Assembly: GCF_011745625.1 (NCBI RefSeq)
Contig: NW_027191457.1
Span: 1,116,001-1,159,066, forward strand
Source of the DNA: Cladosporium halotolerans
Lineage: Eukaryota
Length of the DNA stretch: 43,066 nucleotides
Direction of reading: 5' to 3'
The notes under the pieces are model-generated. The model was not told the DNA's origin, searched no databases, and saw only the letters and a list, made by a program, of their open reading frames with translations. Below are positions 11,724 to 24,048 of the stretch, piece by piece (the stretch's first letter is position 1; the number at the start of each line of letters is the position of its first letter). A program made the translations under genes and the position numbers.

Positions 11724-12842
11724 ATGGCTACCGAACTGCGATCTGAGCAATCTCCTCCGGCAAACGACTTGAAGCGACGGCATTCCGAGGCCTCGGAGCA
11801 GGAAAGTAAGCGTCTGCGCGCGAGTCCGGGTAAGACCTCACCTGATCCGGAGGCTGCACGCGCGACGGATGCGCCGAGCGAAGAGAGATCCCGCCGCGAG
11901 TCTACCGACAAGGCGAACGAGGGCAAAGACGGGCGGAGAAAGAGCGGCGCAGTCAACGAGAAGGACCGGTCGCGGCGCCTTTTTGGCGGGCTGTTGGGGA
12001 GTTTGAGCCAGAAGGGTGACAGCAGGACGGCGAAGAAGAGGCAGGAGATCGAGTCCAGAAAGAAAGCTGAGCTCCAGCGACAGGATGACGAACGCGTTGA
12101 AGACAAGCAGAGGCGGCTGGAAGAGCTCGCGGCCAAGCGCAGGCGTGTGAGGGAGAAGATGGATGGGGAGACGGTATGTGTGCGATTGGAGTCCGGGCGA
12201 CTTCGGGTCAACGCTGATTGTGGTTTCAGATGCGCAACCGCCACCGCAATATGCTACATAGCGCTCACTTTTTGCACACGTCGGCGCAGCCGAGATTGGT
12301 GAGTAGGCCATGCACCATTTTCAGAATTTGTCAGCTAACGCTGCGAAGCTTTACAAGCCCTGGGAACTACGTCCTGACGAAGAAGATCGCATTGACGATC
12401 AAATCAGTCGAGCAAAGTCTCAAATCGACCATGAGCTCAGTGAAGTGACCGATGAAGCGTCAAATCGCCCTGACCATGTGATAGAAGGTATGCAAGACGT
12501 CTGCTGACCGTATTGACATGCGCTGACTTGTCTGGAGAATCACGCGAGCAAGCACATCTCTCACCACCGAATCGCGAAGCTCCCGTTACTGGTGCATCGC
12601 CCGAGCCTCCACACGCTACACAAGAAAAGCAAACAAGCCCATCGACCCTTGCAACAACTGCCGATGGCTCCGCAGAAGCGTCTATTCCTAAGAACGAGAG
12701 CGCGACTGCGGACGGAGCATCTACGTCAACCGGCGAAACCCAGCGCGAAGAGCCATCAGAGACCGCGGAGAAATCAGCAAGAGCTCAAGATGACCAAGAC
12801 GACCATGTTGTCGAAGGCGAAGAAGACACGGTCATCTACTGA
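11724..12842 (+). CDS. pinin/SDK/memA-domain nuclear protein
   Basis: RSRRLFGGLLGSLSQ, a coiled-coil region, and AHFLHTSAQPRL-LYKPWEL. Introns 12174-12229, 12299-12348 and 12488 to 12537 or 12552. Acidic C-terminus VVEGEEDTVIY. Confidence 0.8.
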
Positions 12843-13263
12843 TAGCTGGACACCTTGATACCCCAAGGCACGCCTATCGCCGCGATTCAACCAACAGCAC
12901 CGCGCCCAACCTGTTAATCAGACCACAGCATTCGATTAGAAGGCAGAAGTCCCCTTGTTCTTTTGAGCCCCTCTTATCAAACCTTGCAACATAGTTTTGG
13001 TCATTGTGCCCGCAATGGCCAGAGCGAGCTCCGCAATCTCCAGCGAATCAACCCCGCGTCGCAATCATGCAAGCTTATCATGGCTCAACAAGGCTTGACC
13101 AGGCTTGGACATGGGGTAATATATTTATTTTTGATGAGAGCTCCGAACACCGGCCTGAGAATCGGCAATAATACGTACAGGATCATTTCTGGTTGACGTT
13201 TCGAAACATCTCAGACCATTTTTCGTGACATACATCCGCCTTTGAGCGGCTTGTTTCGTGATC

Positions 13264-15428
13264 ATGCCATCAACACCGCCGCTCAGCCAAGCTACTGGGT
13301 ACGGGGTTATTGTGGGGTTGGGATTCTTGTTTGCGTATGTTTATCAATTGATAAGATCGAATGCTCACTTGGCTGATTGTGCTTGCAGTTTTGGTATGAT
13401 GCTCACAACCTTCGTCCTGCGTCGCTACAACAATGAGCTACAGACTTCGGAAGTCTTCTCTACAGCCGGACGTACCGTGAAATCAGGTCTCGTTTCGTCC
13501 GCTGTCGTCTCCTCTTGGACTTGGGCAGCTACCCTCTTGCAGTCCTCAGCAGTAGCCTACAACTACGGTGTGTCGGGTCCCTTTTGGTATGCTTCTGGTG
13601 CTACGGTCCAAGTGATTTTGTTCGCGACTCTGGCTATTGAGCTCAAGCGCAAAGCGCCAAATGCACATACGTTCCTTGAGATCATCCGCGCCCGTTATGG
13701 TCCAGCTACGCATGGTGTGTATATCACTTTTGCACTCATGACAAACGTTCTGGTCACAGCTATGCTTCTCACGGGTGGATCTGCTGTCGTGACATCCTTG
13801 ACTGGTGTCCCTACCGCCGCAGCCTGCTTTCTTTTGCCAGTCGGTGTTGTACTTTACACGATGTTCGGTGGTATCAAGGCGACCTTCTTAACTGACTACG
13901 TGCACACGGTGATGATTTTGGCCATCATCTTCGTGTTCGCTTTCACGGCTTACGCTACAAGCGACGTCCTTGGCTCTCCCGGAGCTGTCTACGATGCTCT
14001 CATCGCTGCCACGGAACGGCACCCAGTTGAAGGCAATGCTGGCGGTAGTTATCTCACGATGCGGTCCAAAGAAGGCGCAATCTTTTTCGGTGAGTCTTTT
14101 TCCCCCCGAGCATCGAAACCTTTGGACACCCATTTCCAAAACCCCTTTACCACTTCAGCTGTACTGACTGCCAGAAAGTCATCAACATAGTCGGGAATTT
14201 CGGGACAGTCTTTCTAGATAACGGCTACTGGAACAAAGCGATAGCGGCGTCTCCTGTCCATGCGTTACCCGGATACATCGCTGGCGGGCTCTCTTGGTTC
14301 GCGATTCCATGGCTCTGCGCTACTACAATGGGTCTAGCTGCATTAGCTCTTGAGAGCAACCCAGTTTTCCCCACGTACCCGAACCGTATGGATCCCGCCG
14401 ATGTCTCAGCAGGACTGGTGCTGCCAGACGCAGCGGTTGCCATGCTTGGTTCTGGAGGCGCTGCCGCGACTTTACTTCTCATTTTCATGGCCGTCACTTC
14501 AGCTATGAGTGCGGAACTTATTGCTGTCAGCTCCATCTGGACTTACGATATATATCAGACATACGTCAAGCCAGACGCTACTGGCAAAAGTTTAATCTAC
14601 ATGAGCCACACCTCCTGCGCCATCTACGCCATTGCCATGGCAGCTTTCAGTACCGGGCTGTACTACGCTGGCATCAGCATGGGGTATCTCTACCTCATGA
14701 TGGGCGTCATCATCTCCGGCGCCGTCATCCCAGCCTCGCTGTCTCTGCTCTGGGACCGCCAGTCTTGGGCCGCCGCGACTTTCACGCCTCCGCTCGCTCT
14801 GATCTGCTCGTTGATCGCCTGGCTTGTGACCGCCAAGAAAGAAGGCGGCGACCTCTCCGTTCTCTCCACCGGCGCCAACAACCCTATGCTGGCCGGCAAC
14901 GTCGTTTCTCTCCTTGCCCCGCTTGTTCTTGTCCCCGTTCTCTCTCTCGCTCTCCGCTCGCCCAAGTACGACTGGCTGTCGATGAAAGCCATCCGCAAAG
15001 CCGACGACGCCGACCTGGCCGCCGCAGCCCACATGGATCCCGAGCTGATCTTGGGCGCCGGCGCGCACGACGAAGAAGCCGAGCAGCGCCAGCTCCGCCG
15101 GTCGGCGAAGATCGCGCGCTCGCTGACGGTCTTCCTCACGCTCGCGCTGCTTGTCTTGTGGCCCATGCCCTTGTATGGCACGGGATACATTTTCAGCAAA
15201 AGGTTTTTCACCGGCTGGGTGGCGGTCGGCATTCTGTGGCTCTTCTGCTCTTCCATCTGCGTGGGTCTTTTCCCGCTTTGGGAGGGTAGGCACACGAGTG
15301 TGAGGACGGTGAAGGCGATTTTTAGGGATTTGGCGGGCAGGGGGAAGCCGGCGCTGCATGGTCGGGCGACTGTTGTTGAGGAAGTTGAGCGGGAGGAGGT
15401 AAAGCGAGACACAAAAGGTGATTCGTGA
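13264..15428 (+). CDS. DUR3: urea active transporter (sodium:solute symporter family)
   Basis: [61 protein letters not shown] and [15 protein letters not shown]. Introns 13335-13388 and 14090-14178. Confidence 0.93.
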
Positions 15429-15681
15429 AGGGTTTGCTGCGAGGAAGACTGGCTGCGAGCGAGCGGTGTTTCGAGAGACTGTTATTGTGTTGACTGGGAC
15501 TTCCAAATAGCTCTCCGCGGCCGCGATGGGTGCGTTATACGGAACTGCGATACCCTTCCTCCTAAGCAATTTTCTGTACGTGGTTCTCGCCCACTCAAGA
15601 CTTCTCAAGCAAGAACGAAAGCCCAGTGAGAACGACGGACTGTCGGCTGGTTCGTTGACTTGTCAGACCAGACCATAAATC

Positions 15682-16653
15682 CTACCAAGGGATCACGACA
15701 TTCGCATTCTCTGGCGTGAAATTCCACACGCCCTGCGAATTGACCACATGCACAGCAACCTCCCTGTCCATCCCTTCCCACCTGTTCGATCGTGCGCCTG
15801 AAAGCGTCAACGAAGTAGTGGATCCCTGTACAGATTTCATCAACTGACATGTCAACCTATGTATGAGTCGTTCGGTCACTCTCACCGAAACTCTACTACC
15901 AGTCGTGGTCGATTACGGATTACCGACCTCATCTTCCCAGGACGGGAGCTTGAAGATGACGGTGTATGCCGCCGCGTCTTCAACTGCGGGCCAGGTGATC
16001 TCAAAGTTGCCGTCTGCGTCGATACGGCGGCCGGAGGCAGTGGGATTGCATGGTCTAGTGCCTTGCTCCACAGGGATTTCAGGAGAGGTGAAGCTGTAGC
16101 CTTGGGGTTGGCAGACATCGCCGGATGGTGTCGCGACTAATCGCCAGAAGACCGGGGCGGCTTTGTTTTTGCAGGGGCTAGAGAACTCATGAACCGAGGT
16201 GTATTGGCTGCGCTTGCAGGTCAGCCTGGTTCATCGTTGGAGTCAGGATATCACATTACCGGCTCTGAGATGAGGATGAGAGCCAATTTAAGCCTTGTTC
16301 CTGCCTGTAAAAGGTTTCGCTCACGGGGAGAATGCCGTAGTCTTGGAAGGGTTCGTGCTCGGTGCTGAGTGCGGATGTCAGTCTTCGCAGTTGACAATCA
16401 CGGCTTTGGAAACGTACACGTACCTCGAACCATCGGCGTATTCAGCCACAAATGTCGATTGAATCCCGATGTGGTTTTTGTCTGCCGTGTATGAGAGCTG
16501 TGCTTGACAATCTCCCACGTCGAAGGCCTTGAAGTCTGTGGGGGCAGATGAGCCCAGTGTACAGGTATCGACCCATTCACTGGACTGACGGATGGTGAGA
16601 ATTGGTGAAGCAGCTGCGATTGAGCATAGCGTGAGCAACGCAAGCGACTGCAT
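15682..16653 (-). CDS. secreted protein with a C-terminal fibronectin type III-like segment; 5-nt micro-exon; possible premature stop
   Basis: Signal peptide MQSLALLTLCSIAAA. Proposed exons 16653-16424, 16364-16325, 16264-16260, 16207-15886 and 15825-15682. Pattern FEITWPAVEDAAAYTVIF...TTSLTL...VAVHVVNSQG. In-frame TAA at 15913-15915. Confidence 0.6.
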
Positions 16654-17349
16654 GATGGGTGCTACGTGGGGTGGAGATCGAATGCTATGTCCAGAGGAAA
16701 ACCAAAAAGGCAGGTAAGGACGAGTTGCTAAATCATCTTAGGGATCGATGGAGCTTTATATGTAGTCATTGCTTGCAATTGTGGAGGCTCAAGCAAAGCT
16801 TTCTCACTGCACTTGTTCCAAAAGCACTGGTCTCAACTCTATACCGCTATCAGGAAGCGGAAGTCAAGGCAGATTGCAGCCAAGGCCGACTCGTTCAGAA
16901 GCCGACACCTCCATACGAGCAAGTCGTCGAGAGCGCCAAGCGTTGGCCGGAAAGGCCTCATTGATCGACACGGACGCCTAACCGACTTGTGGCTAAACCC
17001 CGAGGAACCCAGGAGATCGAATCTTCGTTTGGAACGATACTGCAGTAGTCCAAGAAGTTGACGTAGACGCTCCGACGCATGACTGAATGCTCATCTTCAC
17101 ATCAGGGCCTGATCATCTGTACTGGAAAAAATGAAATCCGTCTGGCTCGGAGTATTCAAAGTAACACCGAATATGAGCTTCGCTCCACCAGAGGCCAAAC
17201 TCGTCAACGAGGAGCTTGGAGAATTTGCCGGAGCATCTAGAATTCACGACACGCTCGACTAAGGCGTGACGAGTGAAGGCGGGCGAGCAATCGTCACACA
17301 CAAAGCACCCACCGAGATAAATGCCGTAGAGATCATCCAGCCGAGATCG

Positions 17350-19077
17350 CTACATGGCAAGCATATTGTTCTGCATATCTTCCGCTGAAAACAGATCGAA
17401 CCACAGCATATCATTGAAGCTCTCGTTCGGGTCAATCGCGCTGTCTTGGAAAGAGCAAGGCTCGGAAGGTACTTCTTCGTTCCGCGCTGAGAGTACAATC
17501 CCGGCGATTGTCTTCAAAGGTCGGACTGCATTGGCCGCTAAAGGCCACATCTCGCCTAGTCGCTGTAGAGCACCCAGCATGAGGACAACTCTGTCTCGGT
17601 GTTGTTGGAGGCAGTCAAGCCCACATTGATGCAGGTGCATCGATCCTGCGGCCAGCTGGACAACACATCCAAGGACCAAGGCGCAGATGAAGAATGGGGA
17701 GTGCTTCTCAAGCGGCCATGGCACGCTTGCAAGATTCGCTATGTTCTTCGAAGCGGCAATGGCTTTGATTGAATGCTGTCTGGATATGGGAGGTTGCTGC
17801 GTGTGGTTCCTCATGCAGTGAATGTCGCTCGCGGTTGGCACGGTGGCTGGAAGATCACTCCGGGGGAAGTGGAGGAATATGACGGCGCATGAAATGATGC
17901 TTCGCGCTTCGAAGAGCATCAGGTCGACTTCCCCTGATGCGCTGACGACGTCTTTGCTTGAGGGAGGCAGATTGTATTCCCAGCTAGCAAGCGCGTTGTC
18001 TAGAGCTTGGATGTTGTCGGGATCTGTATCGTCAGCTGCCGCGAGGGCAGAAACTCGGCCGATGAGGCGAACCGCTTCCACGCGGAAGCATGAAGATGAG
18101 AAGGCCGCGTGCGAGTCTGCTAGGAAGACCCGATCGTCTAAATTTCTGAGTGTTGGGGGGTTTTGTTCGCATCTGCCGGCCTCATACAGGGTATGGGCGC
18201 AGGGCAACAATGGCTGCAAGCTTGCTGTAGATGTCTGGAATGCAGGATGTCTGTGTATAGCAGCGGTATACACATCTACAATGAATAGCTCCCACCATGA
18301 TCTACGTAGGCTCTCTTCGAGGACGGGCGACTCTCTGGCGAAGGTGCTCGCAAACCCAGGATCGTTCATCCCTAGGCTGATCGCGATATTGGCCGCGCGA
18401 CCAACACATGACGCAGCTTCTCTGGGTCGCTGACTAGAATGGAGAACGATGGCGTACAGCGTCAGAGCCTGGACGCGGTGGACTGCTCGCTCGTCAGACT
18501 CTGCCATGGCAAGCGATACAGCATCCCTAAGTGCGGCGGCATCCTCGAGAGCCGGCTTTGCGTATTGGAGGCCCACAAGACAGACGGTCAGATCCAGGTA
18601 ACGTGGGTATTTTTGAGCGGGATAGAAGGCCTTGGGAACCAAAAAGGGGTGCGCACGAAAGAAGTGGGTGTAGAAAAGGTCTAAGAGTCGGCTCCTGTCC
18701 GAGCTGCGAAGAGACCACGGTGCCGTCGCTACGACAGATGAGGCGGGCAGCGTGTGGGTGTGATTGTCGTACGCTCCAGCTTCTTGCTGCATGTTGGGCA
18801 TGCGCCTGAGGCGGGCGAGGGAGTCGTCCGTGAAAGAGGTCGGAGTGGCGGGCGACGTGGTTTCTGTCGCGGGGCTGTTGCCATGAGTTGCTGATCTCTC
18901 AGCTCGCTTGCCGTTGCGACGGTTCAGCCCACGGCGGGAGGGGGTGTAGGTGCACACGAGTGTCATCGCGGAGCATCGGCGGCACACAGGCGAGCCGCCA
19001 TCGCATTTGAGGTGTCTCCGCCGGCAGGCATCGCAAGCAAGCGAGGAAGGATGCGAAATGCCTGCTTTGGGCGTCAT
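17350..19077 (-). CDS. Zn(II)2Cys6 transcription factor with a fungal-specific TF middle domain
   Basis: ACDACRRRHLKCDGGSPVCRRCSAMTLVCTY binuclear cluster, LFYTHFFRAHPFL and EESLRRSWWELFIVD. ATG at 19077. Confidence 0.93.
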   Translation of the reverse strand: MTPKAGISHPSSLACDACRRRHLKCDGGSPVCRRCSAMTLVCTYTPSRRGLNRRNGKRAERSATHGNSPATETTSPATPTSFTDDSLARLRRMPNMQQEAGAYDNHTHTLPASSVVATAPWSLRSSDRSRLLDLFYTHFFRAHPFLVPKAFYPAQKYPRYLDLTVCLVGLQYAKPALEDAAALRDAVSLAMAESDERAVHRVQALTLYAIVLHSSQRPREAASCVGRAANIAISLGMNDPGFASTFARESPVLEESLRRSWWELFIVDVYTAAIHRHPAFQTSTASLQPLLPCAHTLYEAGRCEQNPPTLRNLDDRVFLADSHAAFSSSCFRVEAVRLIGRVSALAAADDTDPDNIQALDNALASWEYNLPPSSKDVVSASGEVDLMLFEARSIISCAVIFLHFPRSDLPATVPTASDIHCMRNHTQQPPISRQHSIKAIAASKNIANLASVPWPLEKHSPFFICALVLGCVVQLAAGSMHLHQCGLDCLQQHRDRVVLMLGALQRLGEMWPLAANAVRPLKTIAGIVLSARNEEVPSEPCSFQDSAIDPNESFNDMLWFDLFSAEDMQNNMLAM

Positions 19078-20117
19078 TGCGCTGGCTGCTGCGTGCTGGC
19101 CACGAGGAGGTGGGCCGGGACTCGACACCCACTGCGACCGGGAGCAGAGCGTGTGCCGCGCAGGGAGGTGGGGAATCTTGCTGTCACCGGTGAAGATGCG
19201 GCTGGGCGCGAAGGATGAGAGGTGAAGGCTGTGCACCTGCAATAATGTATAATTGTATTGTTATTAGTGGTAAGCGTGAGGAGCTCGATGAAGCCCGAGG
19301 TGCGGGGACTACACGCGGCGGGCGTCGGCGATCACCATCCCTGCCCATCGTATCAGCGGAGACGGAGGACGAGCGAGATAAGCGAATCCTCCGACCACAG
19401 TCGTGCATGAGAAAGATGTATTCGTTCTCCGCGATCTCCTCGACACAGCTCAGATCGTGTATCTCGTCTGTCCTTGGCCTTTCGAGCGCCGATCCTTTCA
19501 GCGCTGGAAGCTGAGAATGACACGCATCACATCACCACCCTCCTCAACTTTTGTGAGCTCACGCGGCGAACTGGTTCTCGCTCTCCCGACAATCCAAATC
19601 CTTGCCTTCGCACACCATCGATTGTAGAAATACAATAGAATGCCCTCCACACTCAAACCTACTCCCTCTCGGGAAAAAAAAGCTCCACTCTCTCGTGCAA
19701 TGCGTTCGTTACGCGCAGAGCCCGCTGTCGCTCGCAGATCCCCGCTTTCTGATACCCACTTCACGTCGATTTATATTACCGGTGAGCATACCTCGTCAAA
19801 TCAAAATTCGAATACCCGGGTTAGATCAGATTAATCGATCATCCGTCGATAGATACAGTCCCGTGCACCAGCCTCAATCATTGATTCGCTTCATCTGCTG
19901 CGGGCCTGAGCTCGGGGACCTCACCAACCCCTGACCTTGCAGGAGCCCGAGCTGATGTTGGGCGGCGATCGGGGTCTTCAGCTCCCCATCAGTAGTGAAA
20001 GTATTTAGCTGACACACGTCAAGGCCTTGCATGCTCAAGAAGAATGAACGCGGGCTAATATCAACCCTCATTCACTTGTCACCATCGACTGCAACAACCC
20101 AGATACTTCACTCCCAC

Positions 20118-22119
20118 ATGGCTTACCGTTCTTTGGACGAGATTGAAATGTCGGAGATCGAGAAGGGCGGTCAATCGGCACTGGCATTTCGAAACGACGA
20201 TGTCGCGACTCTCTCATGGCACAACTTGTCGGTCAAGGTCGCTGATCGTGCGACCGGGAAGGAGAAGTTCATTCTATCCGAGGTCTCTGGACATGTGCGA
20301 GCAGGTGCGACGGCGCTTCACATGTGTATATTACTGTTGATACTAACGGATAGATAGGAGAAATCGTTGCTCTCATGGGACCTTCTGGATCCGGCAAGAC
20401 GACCCTACTGAACACCCTGGCTCAGCGTTCGAGCGGCAAAACATCAGGCAAGATCACCGTCAATGGGCGCGAACGCCCGTTGTCAGTCCATCGCGACATC
20501 AGCGCCTTCGTCGAGCAAGAAGACACCCTCATCGGCTCGCTCACCGTGAAAGAGACCTTGGGATACTCGGCAAAGCTTTCGCTCCCTGGTGACATTACGT
20601 CCAGCGAGTTGCAGCATCGGGTGCATCATCTTGTCAAGTCGTTTGGTCTACAGAACCAAAGCCATACTCTCATCGGCACCCCTTTGCAGAAAGGCCTCAG
20701 CGGAGGACAAAAGCGAAGGGTCAGCGTGGCCACGCAGCTCATTACAAGTCCCAAGGTTCTTTACCTGGATGAACCAACAAGTGGGCTCGACTCCACCGCC
20801 AGCTACGAGGTCATGTCGTTCCTCCGACAGTTCGCTCGCTCCAACAACATCCTGATGATCGCAAGTATCCATCAGCCCTCGACGAAGACTTTTGAGCTTT
20901 TCGACAAGGTCTGCCTGCTGTCGCAAGGCAAAGCCTGCTTTTACGGTCCCGCCGAAAACTTGTTTTCTTTCTTGCGGGCCATCGACCTTCCTGTCCCGAC
21001 GATGATGAATCCAGCTGAACATATTCTTGACATCACGAACGTTGACTTCTCGACGCAATCTAGCGATCAGCAATCGCGACTGGATCGGATCACAGGCTCA
21101 TGGCGGAACACTGCGCAAGCACGCCATTTGGAGCGGGTTGCTGAAGAATGCGAAGGCTCTGGCGAGCTTCAGTTGCGACAGTCGGCTTCTGGTAAAAAGC
21201 CATCCACCGCACGGCAGGTCCTCACGCTCCTGAATCGATCTTCCGTCAAAGGCTACCGCGACCTCACGGCGTACTGGATCCGAGTCGCAATGTATATGGG
21301 CCTGGCCATTATGATGGGGACAGTTTGGCTCAGGCTGAGCCCAACCCAAGCTCACATCCAGCCTTTCATCAACGCCATCGTAAGTGTTAGCATCTTTCGA
21401 GACATTACTCCCGCTGACAGAACTTGTCTTTGTAGTTCTTCGGCTCGGCTTTCATGTCCTTCATGGCCGTCGCCTACGTTCCGGCGTTCCTGGAGGACCG
21501 CGCCACTTTCGTAAAAGAGCGCGCGAACGGCCTGTACGGTCCCACGGCTTTCCTGATATCGAATTTTCTCATCGGGCTGCCGTTCTTGTTCCTTATCAGT
21601 GTCTTGTTCTCGGTCGTCGCTTACTGGCTGATCAATATGCGGCCGACGGCTACCGCTTTCTTCACCTGGGTCATGTGGCTCTTCCTCGACCTCGTCGCTG
21701 CGGAGTCGCTCGTCGTCCTCGTCGCTAGCATCTTCCCAGTCTTCGTCATCGCACTGGCTCTGACCGCTTTCGCGAATGGCCTGTGGATGAGTGTTGGCGG
21801 CTTCCTGGTTTCCATGCCCGTCTTGAACGTCTTCTGGAAGTATGTCTTTCACTACATCGACTATCAGGCCTACGTCTTCCAGGGCATGATGGTCAATGAG
21901 TTTGAGCATAGAGCGTACGCTTGCCAACAGGTCGGAGACGGTTGCCGGTGCTTATACCCGAGTGAGCTTGAGGCGCAGTGCAAGGTCGCTGGGAAGGCGG
22001 TGTTGGAGAATTATGGCTACGCTACTGGGCGGGAAGGGAAGTGGGTGGGCATTCTTCTTGGAATCATTGTCGTCTACCGTTTGCTTGCTTGGGGCGTCAC
22101 TTGGTACCGGAAATCGTGA
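20118..22119 (+). CDS. ABCG (White/ABCG2-type) half-size ABC transporter
   Basis: Walker A GPSGSGKTT, signature LSGGQKRRV, Walker B VLYLDEPTSGLD, H-loop SIHQP, then an ABC2 membrane domain. Introns 20305-20357 and 21380-21435. Confidence 0.95.
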
Positions 22120-22170
22120 AAGTGCGGTGTCTGGAAATTGGTAATAAACAGTGTGCTGTTATAGAACGAC

Positions 22171-23378
22171 TCACAAATGGCTCTTTTCCTTGTCCAATCT
22201 GGTCAACCATTCTCCAACAATCTCATTGACCTTCTCCGGCGCCTGCCAGAGAGCCCAATGTCCCGTCGGTACCTCGCCCCTCGTCAAGTTCGGAATGAAC
22301 TTTTCCATCCCCTGGCTCATCGCAGGAATCAAAACGTTATCCTTCGCCGCCTGCACAAACAGCACGGGCATCTCCAGTCGGTGCTTCTGCGCTTCGGGTA
22401 TCTCGAGCTCGTCGTCGAAGTTCACCTTTCGCGTGCGGTACCAGTTCATCGGTCCACGGATGGGGTTCTGCTTGAAAGAGGACGTATAGAAAGCGAGTTC
22501 TTCTTCATCGAGCAGAGGCGTTTTTCCAACTCGATCGTCTTTCAGAATGCCCAGATTAATGCCTTTTTCAGGCGTCATGAACACCCCTCCACTGCTTGTA
22601 CGACCCCCGTACATTCCGTTCAGAAACTTCTCAACAAGCTTCTCATCCGACCCGATTGCGCTCTCCATGACGCCTTCTTCGCTGCCGAGTTGCAGCTGAT
22701 ACCCGAAGTTTGGCAGCTTGGTCTTCACCAGCGCTTCGGTCGGGTAGAAGGTGCTCGAGATGGCAGAGTACGGCGTCGCGATGCTGAAGACTGCAGAAAC
22801 GAGCTGCGGGTACCAGTGGGCCACGCGGTAGACGACGGCGCCGCCCCAGTCGTGGCCACCGAGGATAAGCTGGCTTGTACCGAGTTGCTTTGCGATGGCG
22901 GCAATGACGTCGGCGTGCGTGCGAAAGCCGTAGGACTTGAGGTCGGGAGAGTAGCCCTGGGAGTGGAATATTAGCTTGTTTGGTGGACGAAAGCATCAGG
23001 TTCAGGGTGGGAGGCGACAGTCGAGAGCGTCATTCCCTCCGTTGGAGAAGTCCTACCGTCTTGCCATAGCCCATGCAGTCCAGCGCGAGAGTCCTATAGC
23101 CCAAGCCCACAAGAAACGGGATTTGATAACGCCATGCAAGGGAGAGGTCGGGGAAGCCATGGACGAGGAGGATGGTGCCTTTCGCTTGGCCCTGGGGCAG
23201 AGACTCCAGATAGTCTTGATATTGTCAGTCGCCCAATTATTATATCACGTAAAAGATTGCTGGCTGATCGTAGACAAGCCATGAGGCATTACTCACGCCA
23301 TTTGTGGCCGTCCACCTCGATGAACTTGCTCTCGACTCTGCTATCGCCTGGGCGGATCTTGTCGTTTTTGGAAGCCAT
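22171..23378 (-). CDS. soluble epoxide hydrolase-like alpha/beta hydrolase
   Basis: HGFPD oxyanion motif, nucleophile GHDWGG, lid tyrosines (FGYQLQL, NWYR) and catalytic His in GHW. Introns 23215-23296 and 22957-23056. C-terminal SHL resembles a PTS1 signal. Confidence 0.9.
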
Positions 23379-24048
23379 GTTGGGGGTGAGGAATATTGGC
23401 TTACAATATCGGCCGAGAGGGGGAGGATGAACTATGTATTGACATCTCGAGCTCAGAGAAGGGATCTGCAGTACGCGAGTGGAGTCGTGGCTCTGGTACG
23501 GGCGTATCCAGCTCACCGTTGACGTCGCGGAGCAATCGTACCTCGGCTTGCCGAAGGTGCAGATCTGCCACTAGACTCTACCTATATGCGCGCCGAGACC
23601 TTATTTTAGGCGACGTGAGCATCACATTTCCACTCAAATCCAAGCACGAACAGTCATTGGCTTGTGGCCGCTCCTGACCTTCTCTGCCTGAACATCGCGG
23701 GGCCATTGGCAGAGACACCGGACGTCGATGTCGGGTTACGTAGGACTTGATGGCGTAGGGGGCATCTTTCGGCTGGCGCTGGGCAGAATCAATAGACAAG
23801 AGGACTTTAACTGAAGCGGATAGGGGAAAACATGGAATGATGAGTTGAGAATCATTGCTATTTGACAACTCCGAGCTACAAGATGACAAGAATTCAAGGA
23901 CTTTCCAGGGATGAACTACGCATCAAGAGTGAAAGGACGCGAGCAAAAAGTCGATTGAGAGCATAGCGGGTTCCATTTGAGATCTCCGAGCAGTGCGCGA
24001 TGCTCATCAAGACAGCCTTGAGAGAGGGGCTCTGAGCGGTAAAAGAGC

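Noticed and set aside
13145..13200. TPP riboswitch or U3 box A near DUR3 (CCTGAGA; AGGATCATTTCT)
   Set aside because: No TPP 3' half (UGAUCNGGNUAAUNCCNGCG), and no U3 boxes C', B, C and D in order. THI6 also shows no aptamer.
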